DNA of 64,000 nucleotides from an uncultured Lachnospiraceae bacterium (lineage in GTDB: Bacteria; Bacillota; Clostridia; Lachnospirales; Lachnospiraceae): the NCBI GenBank assembly GCA_947630875.1, contig CANRJG010000003.1, forward strand, positions 6,024-70,023, in the 5' to 3' direction. The position numbers and the translations under genes are program-made. The notes below the pieces were generated by a model. It searched no databases. It saw only the letters and a list, made by a program, of their open reading frames with translations, and was not told where the DNA came from. Of the stretch, positions 8,293 through 17,754 are shown piece by piece (position 1 is the stretch's first letter; every line of letters begins with the position of its first letter).

Positions 8293-9174
8293 ATGGACAG
8301 AGTAAGAAAAAAAGTGGGATGCGACGGGTTTATTGCCGAGCAGTATGGCGGCCGGGGCGTGGGCATTGCGGTGCTGGATACCGGTATCAGCCCCCACATG
8401 GATTTGAAAGGCAGAGTGCTGACCTTTGTGGATATCATTAACGGCAGCCGGACCATGTATGACGACAACGGACACGGAACCCATATTTCAGGCATTATCT
8501 GTGGCAGCGGCGCGGATTCTCTGGGCAAATACCGGGGCATCGCGCCCTTTGCCCATTTAATTGTACTGAAGGTACTGGATCAGAGAGGCGACGGCAATAC
8601 GACGGACGTACTGAAAGGACTGGACTATGTAATACGAAACAAAGACCGTCTGGGCATCCGGATCGTCAACATTTCCATTGGTTCGATTCCGAAATCAAAC
8701 GTTAAAGAAAAGACGAGGCTGATCCAGGGCGTGGAAGAGGCCTGGGATAACGGTCTCTGCGTTGTTGTCGCCGCAGGAAACAACGGACCCACGCCTATGT
8801 CGGTTACGACCCCCGGCATCAGCAGGAAGGTGATTACGGTAGGCTCCGGAGAAACGGGCGTACCCGGCGGAGAAAACGGCCCCCGCAGTTTTTCCGGCAG
8901 AGGCCCCACGCCCTATTGCATCGTCAAGCCGGAAGTGATTGCGCCCGGCGTACAGATCAGAAGCTGTGCGGCTGCAAAAGACGGCTATACCGTAAAAAGC
9001 GGATCCTCCATGGCCACGGCAGTGGCCAGCGGCTGTATTGCCCTTTGTATGGAGAAATATCCCCGCCTGAGCAATGCGGAGATGAAGCTTCGTCTCTATG
9101 AACGCTGCGTCCGGATGGATATGCCGAAAAATCAGCAGGGTTGGGGCATGATTCATTTGCACAGCTTGTTGTGA
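8293..9174 (+). CDS. S8 (subtilisin-like) serine peptidase, compact, no signal peptide
   Basis: Catalytic motifs AVLDTGI (Asp), HGTHISG (His) and GSSMATA (Ser). 293 aa with no N-terminal hydrophobic signal or long propeptide. Confidence 0.85.
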   Translation: MDRVRKKVGCDGFIAEQYGGRGVGIAVLDTGISPHMDLKGRVLTFVDIINGSRTMYDDNGHGTHISGIICGSGADSLGKYRGIAPFAHLIVLKVLDQRGDGNTTDVLKGLDYVIRNKDRLGIRIVNISIGSIPKSNVKEKTRLIQGVEEAWDNGLCVVVAAGNNGPTPMSVTTPGISRKVITVGSGETGVPGGENGPRSFSGRGPTPYCIVKPEVIAPGVQIRSCAAAKDGYTVKSGSSMATAVASGCIALCMEKYPRLSNAEMKLRLYERCVRMDMPKNQQGWGMIHLHSLL

Positions 9175-9249
9175 TTTTGTGTGTTTTGTGTTATACTAAT
9201 CAATACTTATGATTTTTTACAGCATCCGTTTGTTTTGAAGGAGAAAAAC

Positions 9250-11586
9250 ATGTCGGTGGAGGCAAATCCGTACAACGGGCTGACCGCGGAAGAGGTCAGA
9301 CAAAAAACTGAACAGGGGCTTGTCAACGGAGAAGAGCGTGTTTCGACCAAGACGGTGAAGCAGATTGTTCTGGGCAATCTGATTACGCTGTTTAATGTGC
9401 TGAATATTGCGCTGGCGATCCTGGTGCTTTGCATGGGCTCCGTCAAAAACATTATGTTTCTGGGGACGGTGTTCTGTAATCTGGCTATCGGGATTTATCA
9501 GGAGATCAAGGCAAAGCGGATTATTGACAAGCTGAAAATCGTTTCCTCCCGAAACGCGGTGGTGGTTCGGGACGGCATCGAACAGGAAATCCGGATTGCG
9601 GATCTGGTGCTGGACGATCTGGTGCTGTTAAAGTCGGGGGAGCAGATCGGCGCGGACTGCCGCGTGCTGTCCGGCAGCTGCTATGTCAACGAAAGCCTGG
9701 TCACCGGCGAATCCGACGCCATATTAAAAACCGGGGGCATGGAGCTGCGCTCCGGCAGTTTTGTGGTCTCCGGATTTGTCAGATGCAGGGTGATCCGCAT
9801 TGGAAACGATAATTATGTCAATCAGATTTCCGACGGTGCCCGTTATATTAAGAAACCCAACTCCGAAATCTTAAAAACCACCCGGATGCTGGTACGGATT
9901 GCGACAGTCTATCTGCTGGTAATATCCTATTTTCTGTTTGAAAATCAGCTTTCGGTGAACGGAAATACCTTTCGGACGGCTGTGCTCAATACGGTGGCGG
10001 CCATTGTCGGCATGATTCCCAGCGGGCTGATTCTGCTGATTACCACGGTGCTTGCCACCAGCGTGGTGCGTCTGAGCAAATATCAGACGCTGGTGCAGGA
10101 ATTGTACTGTATCGAAACTCTGGCGCGCTGCGACAGTATCTGTCTGGACAAAACCGGGACGATTACCAGCGGGGAAATGCGCGTGGAGGATGTTTATTAT
10201 GTGAAGGACGACTGCGCCGCCCAGATTCGCCGGTTTATCCTGGCCCAGGAGGACGAAAATCAGACGCTGCGGGCACTGCGGAAGCATTTTACCGGCGGGC
10301 AGAAGGAAACCCCGAAATTCGTGACTGCCTTTTCTTCCGACAAAAAATACAGTGCCGCCGGCTTTTCAGACGGAAGCTTTTATCTGGGCGCGCCGGAATT
10401 TCTGTTTTCGGAGATTCCGGAAAGTATCCGTTCGCTGCAGCAGGAGTACATGGATGAGGGCTTACGGGTGCTGGTTTTTGCACAGTCGGCAAAGACAGAG
10501 GAATCTGAAACGGTACCGGAGGATTTAAAGCCTCTGGCGCTCATTGCCCTTTCCGATGAGCTTAGAAAAAATATCAAAGATACGATTCTTTATTTTGTCC
10601 GGCAGGAGGTAAAACTTTTTGTCATTTCCGGAGATCATCCCAGAACCGTGGGCGCTGTTGCAAAGGCCGCGGGGATTCCGGAGGCCGAAAAAGTGATCGA
10701 TATGTCCGGTGTCAAAGCGGAGGATATCGATGCCATTGCCGGAGAATATACCGTCTACGGCAGAGTGAAGCCGCAGCAGAAACTGGCGCTGATCAAGGCG
10801 CTGAAAAAGAAGGGTCACACCGTGGCCATGACAGGAGACGGCGTCAATGACGTACTGGCGCTGAAAGAGGCGGACTGTTCTATTGCCATGCAGTCGGGCA
10901 GCAGCGCCGCCCGGTGCGTTTCCCAGATCGTGCTGCTGGATTCCGATTTCTCTTCCATGCCGAAGATTGTGGGAGAAGGCCGGCGCAGCATTAACAATAT
11001 TCAGCGTTCTTCATCACTGTTTCTGGTCAAGACCATTTATGCCTGTATTCTGGGATTTTTATTCGCGGTGATTTCCAAGACCTATCCCTTTGAACCAGTG
11101 CAGCTGACGCTGATTACCACCTTCTTTATCGGCCTGCCCTCTCTGCTGCTGGGCTTTGAGCCCAATTACAAACGCATCAGCGGCAAATTTTTCTCTACCA
11201 TTATGGCGGCGGCCGCCCCTGGCGGACTGCTGGTGGCCATCAATGTTTTGCTGACCGTATTCGGCGCGGACTGGATCAAAGCCACCAAGGGCGAAATGAG
11301 TACGATGGCCTTATATACCACGGCTTTCTGTATGACCATGGTGCTGCTGAAAAACTGTTATCCCTTCAATACCTGGCGGAAAATCATTGCCGTGGGGATG
11401 CCGATGCTGTTTATTGCCACGGCTATCTGCTTTCCGTCCTTCTTTAACCTGAAAATCTTAAGTATCTGGAAAATGCTTCTGCTGCTGATCTGGATGGCCA
11501 TTGATTCGCTGCTGTTTGTGCTGCTGGTGCGGCTGACTTCATACCTGAGCAGTTTCCATATCAGTATTCGGCGGAATAAAACTTGA
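9250..11586 (+). CDS. cation-translocating P-type ATPase
   Basis: DKTGTIT phosphorylation motif, TGES, MTGDGVNDVLALKEAD, and about 10 TM segments. Start chosen at the ATG after a GAAGGAGA RBS. Confidence 0.85.
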   Translation: MSVEANPYNGLTAEEVRQKTEQGLVNGEERVSTKTVKQIVLGNLITLFNVLNIALAILVLCMGSVKNIMFLGTVFCNLAIGIYQEIKAKRIIDKLKIVSSRNAVVVRDGIEQEIRIADLVLDDLVLLKSGEQIGADCRVLSGSCYVNESLVTGESDAILKTGGMELRSGSFVVSGFVRCRVIRIGNDNYVNQISDGARYIKKPNSEILKTTRMLVRIATVYLLVISYFLFENQLSVNGNTFRTAVLNTVAAIVGMIPSGLILLITTVLATSVVRLSKYQTLVQELYCIETLARCDSICLDKTGTITSGEMRVEDVYYVKDDCAAQIRRFILAQEDENQTLRALRKHFTGGQKETPKFVTAFSSDKKYSAAGFSDGSFYLGAPEFLFSEIPESIRSLQQEYMDEGLRVLVFAQSAKTEESETVPEDLKPLALIALSDELRKNIKDTILYFVRQEVKLFVISGDHPRTVGAVAKAAGIPEAEKVIDMSGVKAEDIDAIAGEYTVYGRVKPQQKLALIKALKKKGHTVAMTGDGVNDVLALKEADCSIAMQSGSSAARCVSQIVLLDSDFSSMPKIVGEGRRSINNIQRSSSLFLVKTIYACILGFLFAVISKTYPFEPVQLTLITTFFIGLPSLLLGFEPNYKRISGKFFSTIMAAAAPGGLLVAINVLLTVFGADWIKATKGEMSTMALYTTAFCMTMVLLKNCYPFNTWRKIIAVGMPMLFIATAICFPSFFNLKILSIWKMLLLLIWMAIDSLLFVLLVRLTSYLSSFHISIRRNKT

Positions 11587-11643
11587 CTTTTCCCGCAGGG
11601 AGTGTGAAAATAGAAAAAAATTTTTGAGGGGGGACAGGAAACG

Positions 11644-12852
11644 ATGGAAAAAATTCAGATGCCGGTGCCGCTGGTAGAGATGGACGGCGATGAAATGACA
11701 AGGATTCTGTGGAAAATGATCAAGGAGGAGCTGCTGCTTCCGTACATTGATCTGAACACGGAATACTATGATCTGGGACTGGAGCACAGAAATGAAACCG
11801 ATGATCAGGTAACCGTCGACGCGGCCAACGCCACCAAAAAATACAAAGTGGCCGTAAAATGCGCCACCATTACGCCCAATGCAGCCCGGATGCCGGAATA
11901 CCACCTGAAGGAGATGTGGAAGAGTCCCAACGGGACCATTCGTGCCATGCTGGACGGCACGGTATTTCGTGCGCCCATTATCGTGAAAGGCATCGAGCCT
12001 TATGTGAAAACATGGAAAAAGCCCATTACTATCGCCAGACATGCTTACGGCGATATTTATAAAAATGTGGAAATGAAGGTCAAAGGCCCCGGCAAGGCCC
12101 AGCTGGTCTATACGGACGCGGCGGGAAATGAAACCAGGGAAACGATCCACGACTTTACGGGAGACGGCATTATTCAGGGCGTACATAATACCGAAGCCTC
12201 CATCCGAAGCTTTGCGAGAAGCTGTTTCTCCTATGCACTGGACACAAAGCAGGATCTGTGGTTTTCCTCCAAGGATACCATTTCCAAAAAGTATGACCAT
12301 ACCTTTAAGGATATCTTTGCGGAAATTTATGAAACGGAGTTTAAGGAAGAATTTGAAGCGGCCGGCATCACTTATTTTTATACGCTGATCGATGATGCGG
12401 TGGCCCGGGTCATTAAATCAGAGGGCGGTTATATCTGGGCCTGCAAGAACTATGACGGCGACGTCATGAGCGATATGGTGGCTACGGCCTTCGGTTCTCT
12501 GGCAATGATGACCAGCGTTCTGGTTTCTCCGGCGGGGTATTATGAATATGAGGCAGCCCACGGGACGGTGCAGCGGCATTATTATAAATACCTGAAGGGA
12601 GAGGAAACCTCCACCAATTCGGTGGCTACCATTTTTGCATGGACCGGCGCCCTTTACAAGAGAGGGGAACTGGATGCAAATGCGGCGCTGCAGCGCTTTG
12701 CGAAGTGTCTGGAGCAGGCCACCATTCAGACCATTGAAGCCGGGAAAATGACAAAGGATCTGGCGCTGATGACCACCTTAAAAGATGTGCAGATCTGCAG
12801 CAGTGAACAGTTTATCGCAGAGATCAGAAAAACGCTGGAAACGCTCCTTTAA
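11644..12852 (+). CDS. icd: NADP-dependent isocitrate dehydrogenase (402-aa, eukaryote-like subfamily)
   Basis: [19 protein letters not shown] and NYDGDV.SD motifs. Confidence 0.9.
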   Translation: MEKIQMPVPLVEMDGDEMTRILWKMIKEELLLPYIDLNTEYYDLGLEHRNETDDQVTVDAANATKKYKVAVKCATITPNAARMPEYHLKEMWKSPNGTIRAMLDGTVFRAPIIVKGIEPYVKTWKKPITIARHAYGDIYKNVEMKVKGPGKAQLVYTDAAGNETRETIHDFTGDGIIQGVHNTEASIRSFARSCFSYALDTKQDLWFSSKDTISKKYDHTFKDIFAEIYETEFKEEFEAAGITYFYTLIDDAVARVIKSEGGYIWACKNYDGDVMSDMVATAFGSLAMMTSVLVSPAGYYEYEAAHGTVQRHYYKYLKGEETSTNSVATIFAWTGALYKRGELDANAALQRFAKCLEQATIQTIEAGKMTKDLALMTTLKDVQICSSEQFIAEIRKTLETLL

Positions 12853-12875
12853 AAACAAAAAAAGACCACAAGAAA

Positions 12876-12906
12876 GGCACGGACCGATGGGTTCCGCGCC
12901 TTTTTT
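12876..12906. terminator. imperfect bidirectional terminator between convergent genes
   Basis: ggcacggacc...ggttccgcgcc hairpin followed by T6. An A-rich run lies on the other side. Confidence 0.45.
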
Positions 12907-12914
12907 CATGGGTT

Positions 12915-14210
12915 TTATTCCGCTGCAGGCGTCTCACCTGGCGCCGGCTGATACTGTGCGTCCAGCCAGTCCAGATCCGCGCCTTCCGCAAGGGAAAAAC
13001 GCAGCCGCAAAACATCGCCGTCCGTCAGCAGATAATCGGACAGGCTGTCGCTGTGCCGTTCGCCGTTGATTTCAAACATCCAGGCGGAATCCGGGGAAAA
13101 ATAACTGTTCCGGATAAAATCCGTATAAAAGTTTTCCAAAGACAGCTGCAAATCCGGCAGGGTACTGTTTAAGTGTTCCACAAGCAGCGGGTCAATTTGC
13201 GAAAAATGCGCATATAATCCCGGCTTGTAAAGGCCTTTGAACCGGTAATTCCAGTTGGTGCTTCCGCTGGAAAAAGACGTAAAGCCCTGCTCTTTCAGCA
13301 AAGTCCGGATATAGTATGCCAGTGTCTGCTCATTGTCCAGCGGAATCAGCGTCGGCTCGATGATATATCCCAGACCGATGCTGTCAGCCGCCACACTGAC
13401 AATGGCGTGGGGCGTGGAGGGCTTTGTATAAAAGACATGAAACTGGTAGTCTTTGCTGACCTGATTGTCGTCCGTTACCGTGATCGCCAGGGTGTTTTCA
13501 CCGGGCCGGTAGTGCAGATCGTAGCAGACGGACTGGTTGTAAGTCATGGAGACCGGCAGCAGGACGTCATTCAGCCGAACCCGGAAATGCTCCGCCGACA
13601 GCTTGTCTCCGGCGGAATTGTAGCCGGTCAGTTTCAGACATTCCGTAAAGGCTTCGGTCTGATACATATCGGTGATGCTGGAAACCATCACCGGTCCGAA
13701 AGGATCCAGCTCCACCTGGGGTTCCGGTTCCTCGGTTTCTTCCGGGGAAACCGTAACGTCCGGCTGTTCTTCAATGACCGGTTCCTCTGTCAGCAGTTCT
13801 GTTGCCGCCGGCGGTTCTGTCAGCGCGGAAGGCTGTTCGGAAACAGGGGCTCCCGGCGTCTGCGGCGCGCCTGCCGTATGGCTGCTGCCGGAAGAAAAAA
13901 CAGACGAGGTTCCGATTTCAGACAGAGAGTCGCCCCGGACAAGAAAATCGGATTCGCCGGAATCTGTCTCATCTTCCAAAACGGGATCTTCTGCTTCATT
14001 TGGATAAAGCAGAGAAACGGATTTGTTGCGTACATCGTCAAGTTTTGCCGAAAAAACCTGTTTTTCTTTCTCGCTGACCGAAACAATTACAATGACAGCG
14101 GAGACACAGAAAGCGGCGCAGAGCACGGGAAACAGAAGATTGTTCTGACGACGGATATGAAATTTAATATATTTTTTTATTTTTTTTAATTGCAAAATCA
14201 GTGTATTCAT
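12915..14210 (-). CDS. membrane-anchored extracytoplasmic protein, C-terminal DUF4430-like domain
   Basis: 431 aa. One N-terminal TM (LLFPVLCAAFCVSAVIVIV), an acidic/Pro-rich linker, and a C-terminal region ending ...LTDGDVLRLRFS that resembles DUF4430 (recognised from memory). Confidence 0.6.
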   Translation of the reverse strand: MNTLILQLKKIKKYIKFHIRRQNNLLFPVLCAAFCVSAVIVIVSVSEKEKQVFSAKLDDVRNKSVSLLYPNEAEDPVLEDETDSGESDFLVRGDSLSEIGTSSVFSSGSSHTAGAPQTPGAPVSEQPSALTEPPAATELLTEEPVIEEQPDVTVSPEETEEPEPQVELDPFGPVMVSSITDMYQTEAFTECLKLTGYNSAGDKLSAEHFRVRLNDVLLPVSMTYNQSVCYDLHYRPGENTLAITVTDDNQVSKDYQFHVFYTKPSTPHAIVSVAADSIGLGYIIEPTLIPLDNEQTLAYYIRTLLKEQGFTSFSSGSTNWNYRFKGLYKPGLYAHFSQIDPLLVEHLNSTLPDLQLSLENFYTDFIRNSYFSPDSAWMFEINGERHSDSLSDYLLTDGDVLRLRFSLAEGADLDWLDAQYQPAPGETPAAE

Positions 14211-14328
14211 GATAACCTCTTCTAATAAACCGTGTGATATATCATTTACATGTTATATCGTACAGAAAAATCTTTCAAGCTGAAATTGCAGATTGGAAGA
14301 CATTTCAGGAAAAAAAGAGGTGCAAAGT

Positions 14329-15594
14329 ATGAAAGGAATGCAAAAAATGAAAAGAGGCATGGCGCTGCTTCTGGCGCTGATTATGGCCTTTGGCGTTTCG
14401 TTTGTATCGACAGCTTCCGTACAGGAAGTACAGGCGGAAACCGTAAGGGGCATTTTCAGCAAGCCGGAGGATATCGTCAACTATGGAAATGAACTGAGAG
14501 AGATGCAGGATCAAACAGCATTTAAAATTTATCAGGCGCTGCGAACGATCGACACGGAAACCAAAACGTTGGAAGTCAAATTTGATCAGGCACTGAAGAT
14601 TCAGTATGAGGCGGCCAGCGGCTACCTGTCCAAGATGTTTCAGATGGCGGTCGATGCTTTTCGGGCGGATTATCCGGAAATTTTCTGGATTGATGATATT
14701 ACTGTTGCCCAGCGCAGTTATCCTTTGGAAAAAGACGAAGATGGCACCGAGTTCTTTGTAGTTGACGGTATGACCTTGGATATCATATTACCGGATAGTT
14801 ATGGAAATCTCAGCGAGGCCTATGATGCGGTATACAAAAAATTGACGGAATGCATCAACAGTGCGAAAGACTTGTCGGTTTATGAAACGCTGAAGCTGTA
14901 CCATGATTTCCTCTGTGAACAGCTGGTTTATGATAAATCCGCAGCGAATGCCCATGATGTGTACGGTGCGCTGATCGGCGGAAAATGTGTCTGCGAGGGA
15001 TATGCGGAAAGCTTCAAAGCCCTTTGTGACCTTTCGGATATTCCCTGTGTGCTGGTGGTCGGAAAAGCCGAAAACGGCGGCGCACAGGAAGAGCATATGT
15101 GGAATTACTGCCTGATCGATGACAAATGGTATGCAGTGGATGCAACCTGGGACGATCAGGAATCAAAGATTTACTATGAGTATTTTCTGGCGGGATCCGA
15201 AACGGTGACGCCCAGTTTCGAACCCAATGTTTTCGAAAAATCGCATCTGCCCAACGGTGATTTTTCGCTGACAGGAAATCATACATTTACTTTCCCGGAA
15301 TTAAACAAAACCGCTTATGTAAACGGCGAGGAACCGGGAACTTCAGACCCTGTTGAACCGGGGCCGTCGGATCCTGCAGATCCCGCCGAAATCAAAGAGG
15401 GGGATGTGAATGGTGACGGGACAATTGCCGCTGCGGATGCGCTGATGGCTCTGCAGGCAGCCGCGCAGATTACAAAACTGGAAGATATCAGTTACGCGGA
15501 TGTCAACAAGGATGGTAATGTTACGGCTGCGGATGCGCTGCTGATTCTGCAGTATGCAGCGAAGCTGATCGATCATTTCGAAGCAGCACAATAA
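14329..15594 (+). CDS. secreted transglutaminase-like (cysteine protease fold) protein with C-terminal dockerin
   Basis: Signal peptide (MALLLALIMAFGVSFVSTASVQEVQA). Cys-His-Asp core candidates GKCVCEGYAESF, HMWN and VDATWDD. Two dockerin Ca-binding repeats, GDVNGDGTIAAADAL and DVNKDGNVTAADAL. Confidence 0.75.
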   Translation: MKGMQKMKRGMALLLALIMAFGVSFVSTASVQEVQAETVRGIFSKPEDIVNYGNELREMQDQTAFKIYQALRTIDTETKTLEVKFDQALKIQYEAASGYLSKMFQMAVDAFRADYPEIFWIDDITVAQRSYPLEKDEDGTEFFVVDGMTLDIILPDSYGNLSEAYDAVYKKLTECINSAKDLSVYETLKLYHDFLCEQLVYDKSAANAHDVYGALIGGKCVCEGYAESFKALCDLSDIPCVLVVGKAENGGAQEEHMWNYCLIDDKWYAVDATWDDQESKIYYEYFLAGSETVTPSFEPNVFEKSHLPNGDFSLTGNHTFTFPELNKTAYVNGEEPGTSDPVEPGPSDPADPAEIKEGDVNGDGTIAAADALMALQAAAQITKLEDISYADVNKDGNVTAADALLILQYAAKLIDHFEAAQ

Positions 15595-15602
15595 ACATTC
15601 AG

Positions 15603-15633
15603 AAAAAGACCGGTGGTTTGCACCGGTCTTTTT
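15603..15633 (+). terminator. intrinsic terminator
   Basis: aaaaagaccggtg-gtttg-caccggtcttttt, a perfect 13-bp stem with a U-run. Confidence 0.75.
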
Positions 15634-15696
15634 GAAACAAACCAAAATGGCAGGGGCGCCCCTGCCGCTGCATATTACAGGAAGGAGGAATGCAAT

Positions 15697-16455
15697 ATGG
15701 CAGGACAGTATCCGACACCGCACATCAACGCCGCACCGGAGGATTTTGCGAAAACCGTACTGATGCCGGGGGATCCGCTGCGTGCCGCATATATTGCGGA
15801 GCATTTTCTGGAAAACGCGGTACTGGTCAACAATGTCAGAGGGGTACAGGGGTACACCGGATATTACAAAGGAGCGCGGGTCAGCGTCATGGCCAGCGGC
15901 ATGGGCATGCCCTCCATGGGCATCTATTCTTATGAACTGTTTCATATATTTGACGTGGATCACATTATCCGCATCGGTTCAGCCGGGGCGATTCAGCCGG
16001 ATATCCATGTGCGGGATATCGTCATCGGTATGGGTACTTCCACGGATTCCGCTTTTGCGGAAGGGTTCCGGCTGCCGGGCCGTCTGGCGCCGGTCTGCAG
16101 TTACCCGCTGCTTTCCTGCTGTACCCGGACTGCGGATGCCCTGGGACTGAAGTACCACGTGGGAAATATTTTAAGTTCGGATCATTTTTATAACGATGAG
16201 GAAATGATTCCGGAAGGACTGCAGGCGGTGAACGCATGGCGGAAGGTGGGCGTGATGGCCATTGAAATGGAATCGGCGGCCCTTTATATGAATGCGGCCC
16301 GCTGCGGCAAGCACGCCCTTTCCATCTGTACCGTATCTGATCATATCCTGACAGGGGAGGCGACGACGGCGGAAGAACGTCAGACTTCCTTTACCGATAT
16401 GATGACGCTGGCACTGGAAACCGTAAAAAATCTGACGGCAAAGAGAGAGAATTGA
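15697..16455 (+). CDS. deoD: purine nucleoside phosphorylase, DeoD type
   Basis: TPHI.A...DFA..VLMPGDPLRA, GMGMPS and EMESAALY motifs. GGAGGA RBS. Confidence 0.85.
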   Translation: MAGQYPTPHINAAPEDFAKTVLMPGDPLRAAYIAEHFLENAVLVNNVRGVQGYTGYYKGARVSVMASGMGMPSMGIYSYELFHIFDVDHIIRIGSAGAIQPDIHVRDIVIGMGTSTDSAFAEGFRLPGRLAPVCSYPLLSCCTRTADALGLKYHVGNILSSDHFYNDEEMIPEGLQAVNAWRKVGVMAIEMESAALYMNAARCGKHALSICTVSDHILTGEATTAEERQTSFTDMMTLALETVKNLTAKREN

Positions 16456-16456
16456 C

Positions 16457-17620
16457 ATGCGGAGAGTTTTTATCATTGTTCTGGATTCCTGCGGCATCGG
16501 TGAAATGCCGGACGCCGTGGCTTTTGGTGATCACGACTGTAATACCCTGAAGCGGATTGCAGGATCGTCCGATTTTGACGCAGTGAATATGTTGCATATG
16601 GGGCTGGGAAATATTGACGGCGTTGATTATCTGAAGCGCTGCCCGGCGCCTCTGGCCGCTGTGGGCAGGCTGCGGGAAAAATCCGCGGGAAAGGACACCA
16701 CCATCGGACACTGGGAAATCGCCGGGGTGGTTTCCGAAACACCGCTGCCGGTGTATCCGCAAGGCTTTCCGCCGGAAATCATGGAGATTTTCGAAAAAGA
16801 AACCGGCAGACAGACGCTTTGCAACAAACCTTATTCCGGAACACAGGTGATTGCGGATTACGGCAGACAGCATGTGGAAACCGGCGCGCTGATTGTCTAT
16901 ACCTCCGCCGACAGCGTATTTCAGATTGCGGCCCATGAGGATGTGGTGCCCCTGGAGGAACTTTACCGGGACTGTAAGATTGCGCGAAAACTGCTCTGCG
17001 GAAAACATGCGGTGGGCAGGGTCATTGCAAGACCCTTTACCGGAACGGCGCCGCCCTATCGCCGTACTGCCAACCGGCGGGATTTTTCGCTGGAAGCCCC
17101 GAAGATGACCTTGACGGACGCAGTGGCTGCGGCGGGACAGACGGTTTATGCGGTAGGCAAGATCCGTGATATTTTTGCGGGCAGAGGCATTACCAAAGCG
17201 GTGCTGACCCATTCCAACGCCGAAGGCATGGAAACGGCTTTTGCCGCGGCCCGGGAATCCTTTAAAGGGCTTTGCTTTGTGAATCTGGTGGACTTTGATA
17301 TGCTTTACGGACACCGGCAGGACATTGACGGCTATGCTGCGGCCTTTGCTGCCTTTGACCGGTGGCTTCCGGGATTTTTAAAAGAACTGCGGGACGAGGA
17401 TCTCCTGATGATCACGGCGGATCACGGCTGCGATCCCGGGGATGCGCACACCGATCATACAAGAGAGTATACGCCGCTGATGGTTTACGGAAAGGCGGTG
17501 GCGCCGGTGAATCTGGGGACCAGAGAGACCTTTGCCGATATCGCGGCCACGGCGGCAGATTATCTTGGCCTGACCTGGCGGGGCGACGGCACCAGTTTTC
17601 TGTCCGATGTGCTGCGCTGA
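16457..17620 (+). CDS. deoB: phosphopentomutase
   Basis: VLDS.GIGE.PDA, GKDT..GHWE, NLVDFD..YGHR and TADHGCDP motifs. Confidence 0.9.
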   Translation: MRRVFIIVLDSCGIGEMPDAVAFGDHDCNTLKRIAGSSDFDAVNMLHMGLGNIDGVDYLKRCPAPLAAVGRLREKSAGKDTTIGHWEIAGVVSETPLPVYPQGFPPEIMEIFEKETGRQTLCNKPYSGTQVIADYGRQHVETGALIVYTSADSVFQIAAHEDVVPLEELYRDCKIARKLLCGKHAVGRVIARPFTGTAPPYRRTANRRDFSLEAPKMTLTDAVAAAGQTVYAVGKIRDIFAGRGITKAVLTHSNAEGMETAFAAARESFKGLCFVNLVDFDMLYGHRQDIDGYAAAFAAFDRWLPGFLKELRDEDLLMITADHGCDPGDAHTDHTREYTPLMVYGKAVAPVNLGTRETFADIAATAADYLGLTWRGDGTSFLSDVLR

Positions 17621-17644
17621 AGAACAACAATTGCAGAAGAAAAC

Positions 17645-17688
17645 AAAAGCGGATGAACAAATGCGCGGATTCATCCGCTTTCCTTTTT
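17645..17688 (+). terminator. intrinsic terminator after deoB
   Basis: aaagcggatgaa (17645-17656) pairs with ttcatccgcttt (17669-17680), followed by ccttttttc. Confidence 0.7.
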
Positions 17689-17754
17689 TCGGACAGACAT
17701 AATTCCCGGACCAGTTCATTATGATTAAATAGATCAATTCCGGGAGGAATGAAA

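Noticed and set aside
8680-8690. ggttcgattcc, a tRNA T-arm-like motif
   Set aside because: It lies inside the S8 protease coding frame, and no acceptor, D or anticodon arms can be built around it.
7912-9174. Cys-rich peptide plus S8 protease read as a lanthipeptide- or RiPP-type precursor with a LanP-like protease
   Set aside because: There is no dehydratase, cyclase, radical-SAM enzyme or dedicated transporter within reach. The two Leu/Ile runs look like membrane segments rather than a leader and core. The protease lacks a signal peptide.
11539-12300. 253-aa minus-strand ORF (similar cases at 16391-17314, 19476-20501, 30272-31003 and 60184-60873)
   Set aside because: All are antisense to confidently identified genes (icd, deoB, scpA and the phosphoesterase, cmk, rimM/trmD). 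They are shadow ORFs.
13407-14189. 260-aa plus-strand ORF opposite the DUF4430-like gene
   Set aside because: The translation is Arg/Gly/Phe-rich with no domain features. The minus-strand frame has an RBS, a TM anchor and a protein-like domain.
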